In this document: positions 9,246-18,767 of the stretch, one piece after another
How positions within the stretch are numbered: the first letter of the stretch is position 1
How the letters are laid out: every line of letters starts with the position of its first letter
IMG/VR virus record: IMGVR_UViG_3300037183_000093
Location: 1 to 47,710 of that record
Strand: one strand, 5' to 3'
Source of the DNA: a virus
Lineage: Duplodnaviria > Caudoviricetes
DNA: 47,710 nt
Notes under the pieces: model-generated
Told to the model about the DNA's origin: nothing
Database searches by the model: none
The model's input: the letters and a program-made list of their open reading frames with translations, nothing else
Position numbers and translations under genes: made by a program

Positions 9246-10922
9246 ATGGCAACCCCCGACCAGCAAGTCAACGCCCCAGCAACTTCCATGAGCAAGGGCA
9301 CCCGGCGCGGTCCCAATGTTGGCTACATCCGTCCGGAGTTCACTGACCTGAAGCCACGCTGGGACTTGATCCGTGACTGCCTGGCCGGCGAACGGCAGGT
9401 GAAGAAGCGCGGCGATCTGTATCTGCCCCGACCCAACGTCATGGATCTGAGTCTGGAGAACCGCAGCCGCTACGACCAGTATCTGTTGCGCGCCGTGTTC
9501 TACAACGTCACGGGACGCACGCTGGCGGGTCTCGTGGGGCAGGTGATGCAGCAGGAGCCGGAGAGCAAGATGCCCACGCTGCTGGATCCCATTGTGAAGG
9601 ATGTGGACGGCGCCGGCAACAGCTTGCAGCAGCAGGTGCAGAAGACGTTGTCCTTGGTGTTGGCACACGGGCGCGCAGGTCTGTTTGTGGACTACCCAGT
9701 TGCGCCCCAGGCAGCCACCAAGGCGCAACTGGAGGCGGGGGACATCCGCCCGAGCGTCATCCTGATGGAGCCGTGGGACGTCATCAACTGGCGTACGGTC
9801 ACGGTGGGTGGTGTGGTCAAGCTGGCACTGGTGGTCATCAGCGAGGACTACGTCACGGATGACGATGGCTACCAGCAGGAGTTCGCCCCGCAGTGGCGCG
9901 TCCTGCGCCTGGACGAGGATGGTCTATATGTGCAGGAGGAGTGGATCAAGGATCCCAACAACGACCAGGAGTTCATCCTCAAACCACTGCCCGGCACCGA
10001 GGGCGCGGGCGAGAGCTACTTTGAACCCACGGGCGGCGATGGCAAGCGGCTGAACTTCATCCCGTTCACCTTCATCGGCAGCGTCAACAACGATTCGTCA
10101 CCCGATCTGCCTCCTCTGTATGACATGGCGGCGCTGAACATTGCACACTTCCGCAACAGCGCCGACTACGAGGAAATGTGCTACATCGTGGGGCAGGCCA
10201 CGCCGTGCCTGGCAGGCCTGACGGAGGGCTGGGTCAAGGACGTGCTCAAGGGCACCGTGCAGCTGGGCAGCCGGGCGGCCGTGATGCTGCCCGAGAACGC
10301 CAGCGCCACGCTGCTCCAGGTGGGTGAGAACACCATGCCGCACGAGGCCATGATGGACAAGGAGGCGCAGATGCGCGCCCTGGGTGCCAAGCTGGTGGAG
10401 CAGCAGAAGGTGCAGCGCACCGCCAAGGAGGCCAGCATGGAGAACGCCAGTGAGCAGTGCGTGCTGTGCACCGTGGCCTGCAATGTGAGCGACGCGTACG
10501 AGGCCGCGCTGGCCTGGGCGCTCATGTTCCTGGGCGGAGGCGACGGCAAGCCGGACGACAATTTGACGTACGACCTGAACACCGACTTCAGTGTCAACCA
10601 GCTGGACGCCCTGGCGCAGGCGCAGCTCATCGCCGAGTGGCAGGCCGGCGCCATTACAGACGAGGAGATGCGTTCGTCGCTCACGCGCACGGGCATCGCC
10701 TGGAAGACCTTCGAGGAGTGGCAGCAGCTGCGCGAGCAGGAGATGCTCACCAAGCCCATCACGGCGTTCGGCGCCGCGCTGGCGGGCACCGACCCGACGA
10801 CGGGGGCGCCGCTCACGGCCAAGCAGAAGATGGACCAGCAGCAACAGGGTGGCACTCCGCCCGGCGCCAAGCAGCCAGGCACAGGCACGCCACCACCACC
10901 ACCACCGCCACCTGCTAAGTGA
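9246..10922 (+). CDS. Portal protein (DUF4055-like)
   Basis: YLPRP...RYDQYLLRAVFYNVTGRTL; IPFTFIG; PPLYDMAALNIAHFRNSADY; Pro-rich C-tail; position after terL. Confidence 0.9.
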   Translation: MATPDQQVNAPATSMSKGTRRGPNVGYIRPEFTDLKPRWDLIRDCLAGERQVKKRGDLYLPRPNVMDLSLENRSRYDQYLLRAVFYNVTGRTLAGLVGQVMQQEPESKMPTLLDPIVKDVDGAGNSLQQQVQKTLSLVLAHGRAGLFVDYPVAPQAATKAQLEAGDIRPSVILMEPWDVINWRTVTVGGVVKLALVVISEDYVTDDDGYQQEFAPQWRVLRLDEDGLYVQEEWIKDPNNDQEFILKPLPGTEGAGESYFEPTGGDGKRLNFIPFTFIGSVNNDSSPDLPPLYDMAALNIAHFRNSADYEEMCYIVGQATPCLAGLTEGWVKDVLKGTVQLGSRAAVMLPENASATLLQVGENTMPHEAMMDKEAQMRALGAKLVEQQKVQRTAKEASMENASEQCVLCTVACNVSDAYEAALAWALMFLGGGDGKPDDNLTYDLNTDFSVNQLDALAQAQLIAEWQAGAITDEEMRSSLTRTGIAWKTFEEWQQLREQEMLTKPITAFGAALAGTDPTTGAPLTAKQKMDQQQQGGTPPGAKQPGTGTPPPPPPPPAK

Positions 10923-12016
10923 GCAAGCTCGCCCTCAGCACCGTAGCCACGCGACATCAGGTGTTCCTGGAGCGCCTGAAGACGCAGACGGCCGGCGACT
11001 TTGTGCGTGTGCTGCCCCAGTTGGAGAAGTCCATTCGGGACGTCATCTACAGCCTGCACGTGGACACGCTGGACGCGCTCAGCCGCGCGCAGTTGCAGCG
11101 CGTGCTGGGTCAGTTGGAGCGCGCGCAGGCGCAGCAGATTACGGAGGCGAAGAAGTTGCTGCTGGGCGATCTGAAGGGCCTTGCCGGCTACGAGGTGGGG
11201 TTTGAGGCACGCACCCTGGAGGCTGCCATCAAGACCGCTGGGCTGGACTGGGGACTTAGTAGTGTAACTGCTAATGACGCGTATAAGTTGGCGCTGGAGC
11301 AGCCTCTCAGCGCCACTGGGCAGCTGCTGGAGCCGTTCATTGACACCTGGGGCACCAAGCAGATTGCCGGCGTGGACGCTGCGGTTACGCGCGCCTGGGG
11401 CGAGGGGCGCACCATTGGGCAACTGGCGCAGGAGATCCGAGGCACAGCCGGCGCCAACTACAAGGACGGCCTGGTCGCGGCCAGTCGGCGCCAGGCGGAG
11501 GCCGTCGCGCGCACCGCCGTGCAGCAGGTGGCCCAGCAGGCGCGCGGCGCGCTGTGGCAGGCCAACACGGACATCGTGGAGGGGCGCATCTGGGTGAGCA
11601 CCATGGACAGCCACACGACCACGGAGTGCCGCGCCCTGGACGGTGAGAAATTTCCCCTGGACTCAGGACCGTGGCCCCCACTGCACATCGGCTGCCGCAG
11701 CACCACCATCGCCAAGCTGCCCAAGGAGCTGGACTTCCTGGACGAGGGCGCCACGCGCTCAAGTGCCAGCGGCCCGGTGCCGGCGGACCAAAGCTACTAC
11801 GAGTGGCTCAGCGACCAGCCGGCCGCATTCCAGGACGAGGCCCTGGGCGCAGCGCGCGGCACGCTGTTTCGGGACGGAGGCCTTACGGCGGACGAGTTCA
11901 AGTCGCTCAGCCTGGACCGCAACTTCCAGCCCATGACGCTGGACCAGATGGCCGCCAAGGAGCCGGCCGCATTTGCCCAGGCGGGCCTGGACGAGTACAT
12001 CCCGCCAGGAGACTAA
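10919..12016 (+). CDS. Minor head/head morphogenesis protein (SPP1 gp7/MuF family)
   Basis: AEAVARTA; WVSTMDSHTTTECRALDG; PPLHIGCRST. Confidence 0.9.
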   Translation: MSKLALSTVATRHQVFLERLKTQTAGDFVRVLPQLEKSIRDVIYSLHVDTLDALSRAQLQRVLGQLERAQAQQITEAKKLLLGDLKGLAGYEVGFEARTLEAAIKTAGLDWGLSSVTANDAYKLALEQPLSATGQLLEPFIDTWGTKQIAGVDAAVTRAWGEGRTIGQLAQEIRGTAGANYKDGLVAASRRQAEAVARTAVQQVAQQARGALWQANTDIVEGRIWVSTMDSHTTTECRALDGEKFPLDSGPWPPLHIGCRSTTIAKLPKELDFLDEGATRSSASGPVPADQSYYEWLSDQPAAFQDEALGAARGTLFRDGGLTADEFKSLSLDRNFQPMTLDQMAAKEPAAFAQAGLDEYIPPGD

Positions 12017-12081
12017 TTTTTCGGCCGGTCTGTGACCGGTCATCAACCCAACCCCCACATAGAAGATAGGAAGTTCCTACC

Positions 12082-12822
12082 ATGGCACTGAAAGCAAAGC
12101 TCGACAAGAAGGCCTACGATAAGCTCAGTGAGCACATCAAGGGCGAGTACAAAGAGTCCGACACCGAGGAGGGCACGTACGTTCTCGAGGTGGACGGCGC
12201 CGAAGACACGGGCGCCCTCAAGCGTGCCAAGGAGCACGAGAAGGAGGCGCGCAAAAAGGCCGAAGACGCAACCAAGAAACTCCAGGAGCAGCTGGAAGAG
12301 CTCCAGGGGCAGCTGGAAGAGCTCCAGAACAAGGGCAAGTCCGGCGACGACAAGGTGGCCGCCGCTGAGGCGAAGCTCAAGGCCCAGCTGGCCAAGCGCG
12401 AGAAGGAGCTCACCGACCAGCTCACCAGCACCCAGGCGGCGCTCAAGGCCCAGATGGTGGACAGCGTGGCCCTGCGCATTGCCACGGAGCTGGCCGGCGA
12501 CAACGCCGAGATCCTGCTGCCTCACGTCGCGCGCCGGCTCCAGGCCGACATTGCGGACGGCAAAGCGGTGACCAAGGTGCTGGCCGCTGACGGCAGCGCC
12601 ACGGACCTGACACCAGAGGGGTTGCAAAAAGAATTCTTGTCAAATACCAAGTTTTCGAGCATCATTGTTGGATCAAGGGCTTCCGGTGGCGGTGCCGGCG
12701 GAGGCCGGAAGGGCGCCAGTGGCGTCAAGAAGTTGTCGGAAATGACCGCCACGGAGGAGGCCAAGTTCGCCAACGAAAACCCCGAGGTGTACCAGCAGAT
12801 GGTAGCAGCCGAGGCCAAGTAG
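12082..12822 (+). CDS. Capsid scaffolding protein
   Basis: Charged coiled coil between the minor head and capsid genes; ends with the GSRASGGGAGGG linker. Confidence 0.8.
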   Translation: MALKAKLDKKAYDKLSEHIKGEYKESDTEEGTYVLEVDGAEDTGALKRAKEHEKEARKKAEDATKKLQEQLEELQGQLEELQNKGKSGDDKVAAAEAKLKAQLAKREKELTDQLTSTQAALKAQMVDSVALRIATELAGDNAEILLPHVARRLQADIADGKAVTKVLAADGSATDLTPEGLQKEFLSNTKFSSIIVGSRASGGGAGGGRKGASGVKKLSEMTATEEAKFANENPEVYQQMVAAEAK

Positions 12823-12872
12823 GCGGCACCCTGGGGAGAGCGCGAAATCAAGATCTCAAACTGTTCCCAACT

Positions 12873-12892
12873 CATAACCCACTACTACCATG
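12873..12892 (+). promoter_or_regulatory. Conserved SD-less leader of the capsid gene
   Basis: CATAACCCACTACTACCATG; 19/20 identical to 17150-17169. Confidence 0.6.
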
Positions 12893-13912
12893 TCAGTCGT
12901 ACAAATCGCCGATATCTATAACCCGCTTACCTTCGGGCGTCGTGCCCAGGAGGCGCAGACCCAACTCAACCGTTTCCTCAACAGCGGAGTCGCCGTTGCG
13001 GATGGCCAGATCCAGGCCCAGATCGCCCAGGGCGGTCACCTGGGTGAGCTCACCAACTTCGCGCCCCTCACGGTGGGGGAGCCGAATTACTCCAGCGACG
13101 ATCCCACGGTGCTCAGCACCACGGACAAGATCAGCAGTGAGCTGCAAAAGTTCCGCAGCGCCGCGCGCAACAAGAGCTGGAGCACCATGGACCTGGCGCG
13201 CGAGCTGGCGTTGCAGGATCCGGTGGGTGCCATCACGGGCCGCATCGGCGCGTTCTGGGCCACGGACGACGAGCAGCGCATCATTTGCAGTTTGCTCGGC
13301 ATCATGGCGGACAACATCGCCAACGACGGCGGCGACATGGTGGTCAACGTGGCCACGGATGACAGCTCGACTGTGGCCGATGCCCAGCGCATTGGCGGCG
13401 AGCGCGTCATTGACGGTCTCCAGACCATGGGTGACCATGCGGACGCTCTCACGACCATCGCCATGCACAGCGCGATCCACGCCCGGTTGCAGAAGCAGAA
13501 CCTGATCCAGTACGTGCGCGACAGCGACAACAACATCATGTTCGAGACGTACATGACCAAGCGCATCATCGTGGATGACTCGTTGCCCGCCGTCGCCGGC
13601 AGCAACCGGATCACGTACACGGCGATCATGTTCGGCGGCGCCGCCATCGGCACCGCGAACGGCCAGGTGCTCCAACCCAGCGAGCTGTTCCGCAAGCCCA
13701 GCGCCGGCAACGGTGGCGGGCAGACGGAGATCTACAGCCGGGTCAACAACGTGTGGCATCCGTACGGGTTCGCGTTCCAGAGCAACACGCTCACGGGTGG
13801 TGCGGCCAGCTGCCGCTTCGCCAGCTACGCCGACCTCAAGTTGGCCGTCAACTGGAACCGAGTGTGGCAGCGCAAGAACATCCCGGTGGCCTTCCTCAAG
13901 GTCAACGACTAG
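12890..13912 (+). CDS. Major capsid protein
   Basis: 340 aa after the scaffold; very high GC3; WSTMDLARELALQDPVGAITGRIGAFW, IAMHS, IIVDDSLP, HPYGF and NWNRV...KNIPVA motifs typical of this capsid class. Confidence 0.9.
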   Translation: MSVVQIADIYNPLTFGRRAQEAQTQLNRFLNSGVAVADGQIQAQIAQGGHLGELTNFAPLTVGEPNYSSDDPTVLSTTDKISSELQKFRSAARNKSWSTMDLARELALQDPVGAITGRIGAFWATDDEQRIICSLLGIMADNIANDGGDMVVNVATDDSSTVADAQRIGGERVIDGLQTMGDHADALTTIAMHSAIHARLQKQNLIQYVRDSDNNIMFETYMTKRIIVDDSLPAVAGSNRITYTAIMFGGAAIGTANGQVLQPSELFRKPSAGNGGGQTEIYSRVNNVWHPYGFAFQSNTLTGGAASCRFASYADLKLAVNWNRVWQRKNIPVAFLKVND

Positions 13913-13952
13913 GCCAGCACCGCGCGCTCCAGTAGTGTGTATGTGAGATCTT

Positions 13953-14004
13953 GGGGGCTGGGGCGCCCGGCAAGGCTGGTGCTGCCGGCAACGCCCTGGC
14001 CCTC
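13953..14004 (+). terminator. GC-rich hairpin after the capsid gene (possible terminator or processing structure)
   Basis: GGGCTGGGGCG...CGCCCTGGCCC outer stem with CCGGCA/TGCCGG inner stem; no clear poly-U tract. Confidence 0.35.
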
Positions 14005-14040
14005 TGTGTTAGGTAACCAAAGGAAAGGTATAAAAGTCAA

Positions 14041-14196
14041 ATGAATACGCATAATAATCCGCAGCCCAAGCAAGAGCCGAAGCAAGAACCCAGGCAGCCC
14101 AAGCAAGAGCCGAAGCAAGAACCCAGGCAGCCCAAGCAAGAGCCGCAGCATCCGGCGTCGGAGCCGCAGCATCCGCAAGCCGAGCCGAGGGAATAA
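14041..14196 (+). CDS. 51-aa Pro/Gln/Lys/Glu repeat micro-protein (not in ORF track)
   Basis: MNTHNNPQPKQEPKQEPRQPKQEPKQEPRQPKQEPQHPASEPQHPQAEPRE; upstream AAAGGAAAGG; contains a 33-bp tandem repeat. Confidence 0.5.
   Translation: MNTHNNPQPKQEPKQEPRQPKQEPKQEPRQPKQEPQHPASEPQHPQAEPRE
14061..14145. repeat. 33-bp tandem repeat, about 2.6 copies
   Basis: GCAGCCCAAGCAAGAGCCGAAGCAAGAACCCAG at 14061 and 14094, partial at 14127. Confidence 0.9.
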
Positions 14197-14244
14197 TAGT
14201 CCACGGCTCACACAAGCAGCACAACAACCTGCTTAATTCACATC

Positions 14245-14445
14245 ATGCCAGCTCCCATCCAACAGTCCAAATCCGAGGTACCCGCCCAGGCGCCTCTCGC
14301 GCTCGTCAATCTCCTGTGCCGTGGTATTCCCATGGCGGAGGCGCGTCGTCAGCTCGGCATGGTTGCCGAGCAACCCGTGGAGCAGCCCAGGTCTGCCACC
14401 CAGGAACCGCCAGCGCCGGCCGCTGCGGACGAGGCCCTTCTCTAA
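14245..14445 (+). CDS. Hypothetical protein
   Basis: 66 aa with a C/A-rich leader. Confidence 0.55.
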   Translation: MPAPIQQSKSEVPAQAPLALVNLLCRGIPMAEARRQLGMVAEQPVEQPRSATQEPPAPAAADEALL

Positions 14446-14482
14446 CACTACCTGCCAACGATTGTAACTCTCAATACATCCC

Positions 14483-15406
14483 ATGTCTCGCACCTTTCTC
14501 TCCCGCCAGAAGTCTGGCTACCTGGGCGTCAACGCCCTCCTCGGCACGTTGCTGCCCCATGCGGCAGCGGCTGCACCCACCAACGCCGTGGTGGCCACGC
14601 TCACGGTCGACCCAGCCGGAGCCAACAACAGCATGACGTACACCGCCAAGCGCAAGGGCGCCTACGGTAACGGTATCCACGTGGCCTATGCCACACCGCT
14701 TACGCCCAGCGCCGCGCTCTCCGTCGGAGTCGTGGGCAAGGTGATCACGGTCAATCTGGCCACCGGGCCGGGCACCGTGCAGGTGGAGACGGCCACGGTC
14801 ACGGCCGCAGCTGGTGCCACGTCCAACGGCAACCTGGCAGTCACAGTCACCAGCGCTCTCCTGGTTTCGCCGGCTGCGGTGCAGGTGGCCCTGGACACCA
14901 CCATGGACACCGCCACCAAGGTGGCTGCGGCCATCGCTGCGGCGCTCACGGCGGACCCGGTGTTGGGTGCGCTGTGGACCTTTGTGGGCAACGCGGCCAC
15001 CATCGTCATGACACGCAAGGCGGCCCAGGCAGCGGCCAACGACGTCACTGAGAATCTGGCCATCGCGGCCGGTCTCGGCGTCACGGCTGCGGCCAACAGT
15101 GCCAACAGCACGCCAGGTGTGGCATCGGCCGCCACCAGCACGGCCGCCCAGGTGAAGACGGCCATTGAGGCCAGTGCGGCAGCGGCTGCCCTGGTCACCG
15201 TGGCCAATGCGGGCGGCGACAACGGCACGGGTGCCTGCGCGGCCGTGGCCGACGCGCCCATGACCAGCGGAGTGGACGGCACCGACGGCGAGCCGTGGGA
15301 GTGCGTGGTCTACGGTGGCTGGGTCTACATCAACGTGAGTGACGACGCGGCCAACACGGGCGCCGTGGACACGTGGTACAAGCACCAGCTCACTCTCGTC
15401 ACCTGA
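14483..15406 (+). CDS. Ala/Thr-rich virion structural protein (possible head decoration)
   Basis: Beta-rich Ala/Thr/Val composition; located between the capsid and connector genes. Confidence 0.6.
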   Translation: MSRTFLSRQKSGYLGVNALLGTLLPHAAAAAPTNAVVATLTVDPAGANNSMTYTAKRKGAYGNGIHVAYATPLTPSAALSVGVVGKVITVNLATGPGTVQVETATVTAAAGATSNGNLAVTVTSALLVSPAAVQVALDTTMDTATKVAAAIAAALTADPVLGALWTFVGNAATIVMTRKAAQAAANDVTENLAIAAGLGVTAAANSANSTPGVASAATSTAAQVKTAIEASAAAAALVTVANAGGDNGTGACAAVADAPMTSGVDGTDGEPWECVVYGGWVYINVSDDAANTGAVDTWYKHQLTLVT

Positions 15407-15448
15407 CGAGCCAACTCCCGCAACACAGCAGCGAACTCTTCCCATACT

Positions 15449-15952
15449 ATGAGCTTAATTGTTGAAGACGGTACTGGTGTTGCGGGTGCAATTTCCTACG
15501 CGTCGGTGGAAGACGCGCGGGCCTATGCTGCCGAGCGAGGCCTGGTGCTGCCAGTGGACGATGCGGCCGTGGAGGTGCTACTGGTTCGCGCCTGTGACTA
15601 CCTGGAAAGCCTGGAGAGCCAGTACAAGGGCGTGCGCACCACGCCCGGCACCCAGGCCCTGGCGTGGCCCCGGTCGCTGGTCTTCCTGTTCGGGAATGCC
15701 ACCAGCATTGACGATGCCCTGATTCCCACCCGGCTGCGGCAGGCGCAGTGCCAGGCCGCGTTCGACCTGCAAACTGCCGATCCCCAGGCCACGGGCACCG
15801 GCCGCGAGGTGTTAAGTGAAACCATCGGGCCGCTCTCCACCACGTACGCCAAACGGGGCACGGCGGCCGTACGCCCGGTGCTCACCAAGGTGCTGGACAT
15901 GCTCCAGCCGCTGATGCGTCAGACGGGACCGCTTTCTACCATCCGTGTTTGA
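15449..15952 (+). CDS. Head-tail connector/adaptor (annotated DnaT-like family in databases)
   Basis: MSLIVEDGTGVAGAISYASVEDA...QALAWPR...ETIGPLSTTY family signature. Confidence 0.85.
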   Translation: MSLIVEDGTGVAGAISYASVEDARAYAAERGLVLPVDDAAVEVLLVRACDYLESLESQYKGVRTTPGTQALAWPRSLVFLFGNATSIDDALIPTRLRQAQCQAAFDLQTADPQATGTGREVLSETIGPLSTTYAKRGTAAVRPVLTKVLDMLQPLMRQTGPLSTIRV

Positions 15953-16310
15953 CTATTCCTCAGCCGCAGCCACCGCCGTCCGTCTGTTGCAGCAGTACGG
16001 GGCACCCACCACGCTCACCAAGAAGGCCAACACCGTGGCCAGTGCAGCAGCCGGCACCGTGACCAAGGTGGAGACACCCTACACCGTGATCGCGGCCGTG
16101 CTGCCATACAGCGGCGCCCGGGACGAGAAATTCAGTGACGCTCTAATCTGGGGCAAGCTGGCCACCGTGCTGGTGGCAGCCAACGGTGCGCGCCCCGCCG
16201 TCGGGGATGACATTGCCGTGGACGGTGGTCCGGCCAGCGTCATCGGGGTTACGCCAATCGCGCCGGCCGGCGTGCCGGTGCTCTATACCTGTAGCGTGCA
16301 AAAAGGATGA
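15945..16310 (+). CDS. Head closure/head-tail joining protein
   Basis: FDYS...AVRLLQQYG...PIAPAGVPVLY; synteny. Confidence 0.7.
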   Translation: MFDYSSAAATAVRLLQQYGAPTTLTKKANTVASAAAGTVTKVETPYTVIAAVLPYSGARDEKFSDALIWGKLATVLVAANGARPAVGDDIAVDGGPASVIGVTPIAPAGVPVLYTCSVQKG

Positions 16311-16717
16311 GCAACGTGGGCACATTCTCCGCGCAGGTCGCATCCTTCGGCCAGGGCACCATGGCCAAGGTTGAGAAAATTCGCCGTGGTGTGGTGCTCA
16401 AGCTGTTCGGCGCCGTGATCATGGACACCCCGGTGCTCACCGGTCGGCTGCGCGGTAATTGGCAATGCAGCGAGGGCACTCCCGTGCTGGACGCGTTGGA
16501 CAGCGTCGATCCCAACGGCGGTCCCACCGTGGCTATGATGAATCAGGTAGTAGAGAAGAGCAAAGGAGGCGACGTGGCCATGTTCCTCACCAACAATCTG
16601 CCGTATGCGGCACGCATTGAGTACGATGGCTGGAGTCATACTAAGCAGCCCGAGGGCATGGTGCGCAAGAACGTGGTGCGGTTTAACGGTCTGATCAAAG
16701 CGGAGATCGCTGCCTAA
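16307..16717 (+). CDS. Tail completion protein (HK97 gp10-like)
   Basis: TPVLTGRLRGNW; NNLPYAARIEY; QPEGMVR. Confidence 0.85.
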   Translation: MSNVGTFSAQVASFGQGTMAKVEKIRRGVVLKLFGAVIMDTPVLTGRLRGNWQCSEGTPVLDALDSVDPNGGPTVAMMNQVVEKSKGGDVAMFLTNNLPYAARIEYDGWSHTKQPEGMVRKNVVRFNGLIKAEIAA

Positions 16718-17154
16718 TGGGCACTACTAATCATCAGTTTGTTTCCGATGTGCGCGCGGCACTGGTGCAGGCCGTGATGGACGGTGCCTTTGTCAGCTCC
16801 ACGGTGGTGGCGTTGCCCAACATGATCTTTGAGCCGCCCGAGGGTGCCACCTGGCTCAAGGTGTCCTTTGTCCCGGCGCATGTGGTGCCAGCGTCACTGG
16901 GTGCCCAGGGTCTGGACGAGGTGAGCGGTTTCCTCCAGGTGGACGTTAACACTCCCGAGGGCGAGGGCGAGGCCGCTGCCATGGTGCTGGTGGACGCCCT
17001 GCGCGCCCGCTTCTACGCGGGCAGCCGCTGGTACAGCAGCGACGCCGTGGTGCGCGTCAGTTCGTGCGTGCCCAGCCAGGGCCGTCAGGTGAACAACTTT
17101 TACCGGATCAGTGTAACCATCATGTTCTATTCCCAAATCAAGCGCAGCGCATAA
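16717..17154 (+). CDS. Tail terminator protein
   Basis: PNMIFEPP...WLKV...GFLQVDVNTPEGEG; position before the tail tube gene. Confidence 0.75.
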   Translation: MGTTNHQFVSDVRAALVQAVMDGAFVSSTVVALPNMIFEPPEGATWLKVSFVPAHVVPASLGAQGLDEVSGFLQVDVNTPEGEGEAAAMVLVDALRARFYAGSRWYSSDAVVRVSSCVPSQGRQVNNFYRISVTIMFYSQIKRSA

Positions 17155-17169
17155 CCCAATACTACCATG
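17150..17169 (+). promoter_or_regulatory. Conserved SD-less leader of the tail tube gene
   Basis: CATAACCCAATACTACCATG; 19/20 identical to the capsid leader. Confidence 0.6.
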
Positions 17170-18342
17170 GCCGACAGCTCAAGACATAATCTGCATTTCG
17201 TCGCGGAGACCACCTACGGCACCACGCCGGCGACCCCCGCTCTCACCAAGTTTCGGCACAAGAGCTGCACCCTGGCCCTGGCCAAGAGCAGCGTCGTGTC
17301 CGAGGAAATTCGGGCCGATCGTCAGATCCAGGACTTCCGGCACGGCACCAAGCAGGTCGGCGGCGACATTGGCGCCGAGCTGTGCTTTGCTGCCTTTGAC
17401 GCCATACTGGAGGCCGCGCTGTGCGGCACCTGGGCCGTTGCGGCGCTGGTTACCTATGCGGCAGCCACCATCAGCGCGTCCAGCACGGACAACAGCCTCA
17501 ACGACAGCGGGGCCGGGTTCCCGGCGCTTTCGACCGGGGACACCATCAGCATCGCCGGATTCATCACCAATCCGGGCAACAACGGCACGGCGACCGTCGT
17601 GACACGCACGGCCAGCAAGATCGTGATCAGCGGGGTGACGCTCACCACGGAAGCGGCCAGCGAATCGATCACCATCACCAAGACCGGTCCCAAGACCGTG
17701 CTCAAGGCGGGCACCACGCGGCGCTCGTTCAGCGTGCTGCGTGATTTCTCCGACATCGTCACCGGCCGCTATCACCTGTTTGCCGGCGTGGAAGTGACCA
17801 AGGTGGACCTCAAGGTCACCCCAGGCGCCATCGTGGAGCTGGGCTTCGGTGTGGTGGGCCAGAGCATGATTGCGGGTGACACCGCGCCGGCCGGCGCCAC
17901 GTACCCGGCCGCCGACACCCATGCGCCCATGGACGCGTTCAGCGGCGCCGTGCTGGTGGACGAGGTGCCAAACGGCGTGGCCACCGAGCTGGCCATCACG
18001 CTGGAGAACGGCATTCTGCCACGCTTTGTGGTGGGGAGCGCCGAGACCATTGAACCCAGCATCGGCCGGAGCAACCTGACCGGCCAGGCGACGTTCTACT
18101 TCGAGAACGCCACCATGATCAACCAGTTCCTCAACGAGGACGAGGTGCCCATCAAGTTCACACTGGGCGACGGCTCCGCCGGCAACACGTACGAGATCCT
18201 GCTGCCACGTGTCAAGTTCACGGGTGGCCAGCCGGACGTGAAGGGCGTTGGACCGATCACTCTGGCCATGCCCTTCCAGGCGCTGTTCGACCCCACCTCG
18301 GGCACCCAGATCCAGATCACGCGCATTCCGGCCGTTGTCTGA
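17167..18342 (+). CDS. Major tail tube protein
   Basis: ETTYGTTPATP; SEEIRADRQI; VGGDIGAEL; LPRVKFTG; followed by chaperone and tape-measure genes. Confidence 0.9.
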   Translation: MADSSRHNLHFVAETTYGTTPATPALTKFRHKSCTLALAKSSVVSEEIRADRQIQDFRHGTKQVGGDIGAELCFAAFDAILEAALCGTWAVAALVTYAAATISASSTDNSLNDSGAGFPALSTGDTISIAGFITNPGNNGTATVVTRTASKIVISGVTLTTEAASESITITKTGPKTVLKAGTTRRSFSVLRDFSDIVTGRYHLFAGVEVTKVDLKVTPGAIVELGFGVVGQSMIAGDTAPAGATYPAADTHAPMDAFSGAVLVDEVPNGVATELAITLENGILPRFVVGSAETIEPSIGRSNLTGQATFYFENATMINQFLNEDEVPIKFTLGDGSAGNTYEILLPRVKFTGGQPDVKGVGPITLAMPFQALFDPTSGTQIQITRIPAVV

Positions 18343-18353
18343 TTCCCCTTCCC

Positions 18354-18767
18354 ATGTCAACCCCCCAAGCGCAGTTCCACACGCGGGCAGCCGCCAACGA
18401 GGGCATCAAGCTTCCGTTGACGCTGCCCGACGGCACAGCCACCGAGGAATGGCTGCAAATTCGCAGCATCGACTCCGACGCATTTCGCGCCGCCGAGGCT
18501 GCCAGCAACCGACGCCTGTTGGAGGCCATGGCCAGCAAGGACCGGGCCGCTGAACTGGACAGCCAGGAAGAGCGGTACGTGATGCTTGCGGCCCTGGTCG
18601 CCGCGTGGTCGTTCCCTGCGGCCTGCACGTCGGAAGCGGTGCAGGCATTTCTGAAGGAGTCACCGCAAATCGCCGCCGAGATTGATCGCGTCAGCGCGAG
18701 CCGGCGCTGTTTTTTCAAGAGCAGCTCGAGCTCCTCGTCCAGTACACCCGTGCAGAGCTCGAGCTGA
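18354..18767 (+). CDS. Tail assembly chaperone (gpG-like)
   Basis: Between tube and tape measure; ends after the slippery T TTT TTC with a Ser-rich tail. Confidence 0.85.
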   Translation: MSTPQAQFHTRAAANEGIKLPLTLPDGTATEEWLQIRSIDSDAFRAAEAASNRRLLEAMASKDRAAELDSQEERYVMLAALVAAWSFPAACTSEAVQAFLKESPQIAAEIDRVSASRRCFFKSSSSSSSSTPVQSSS

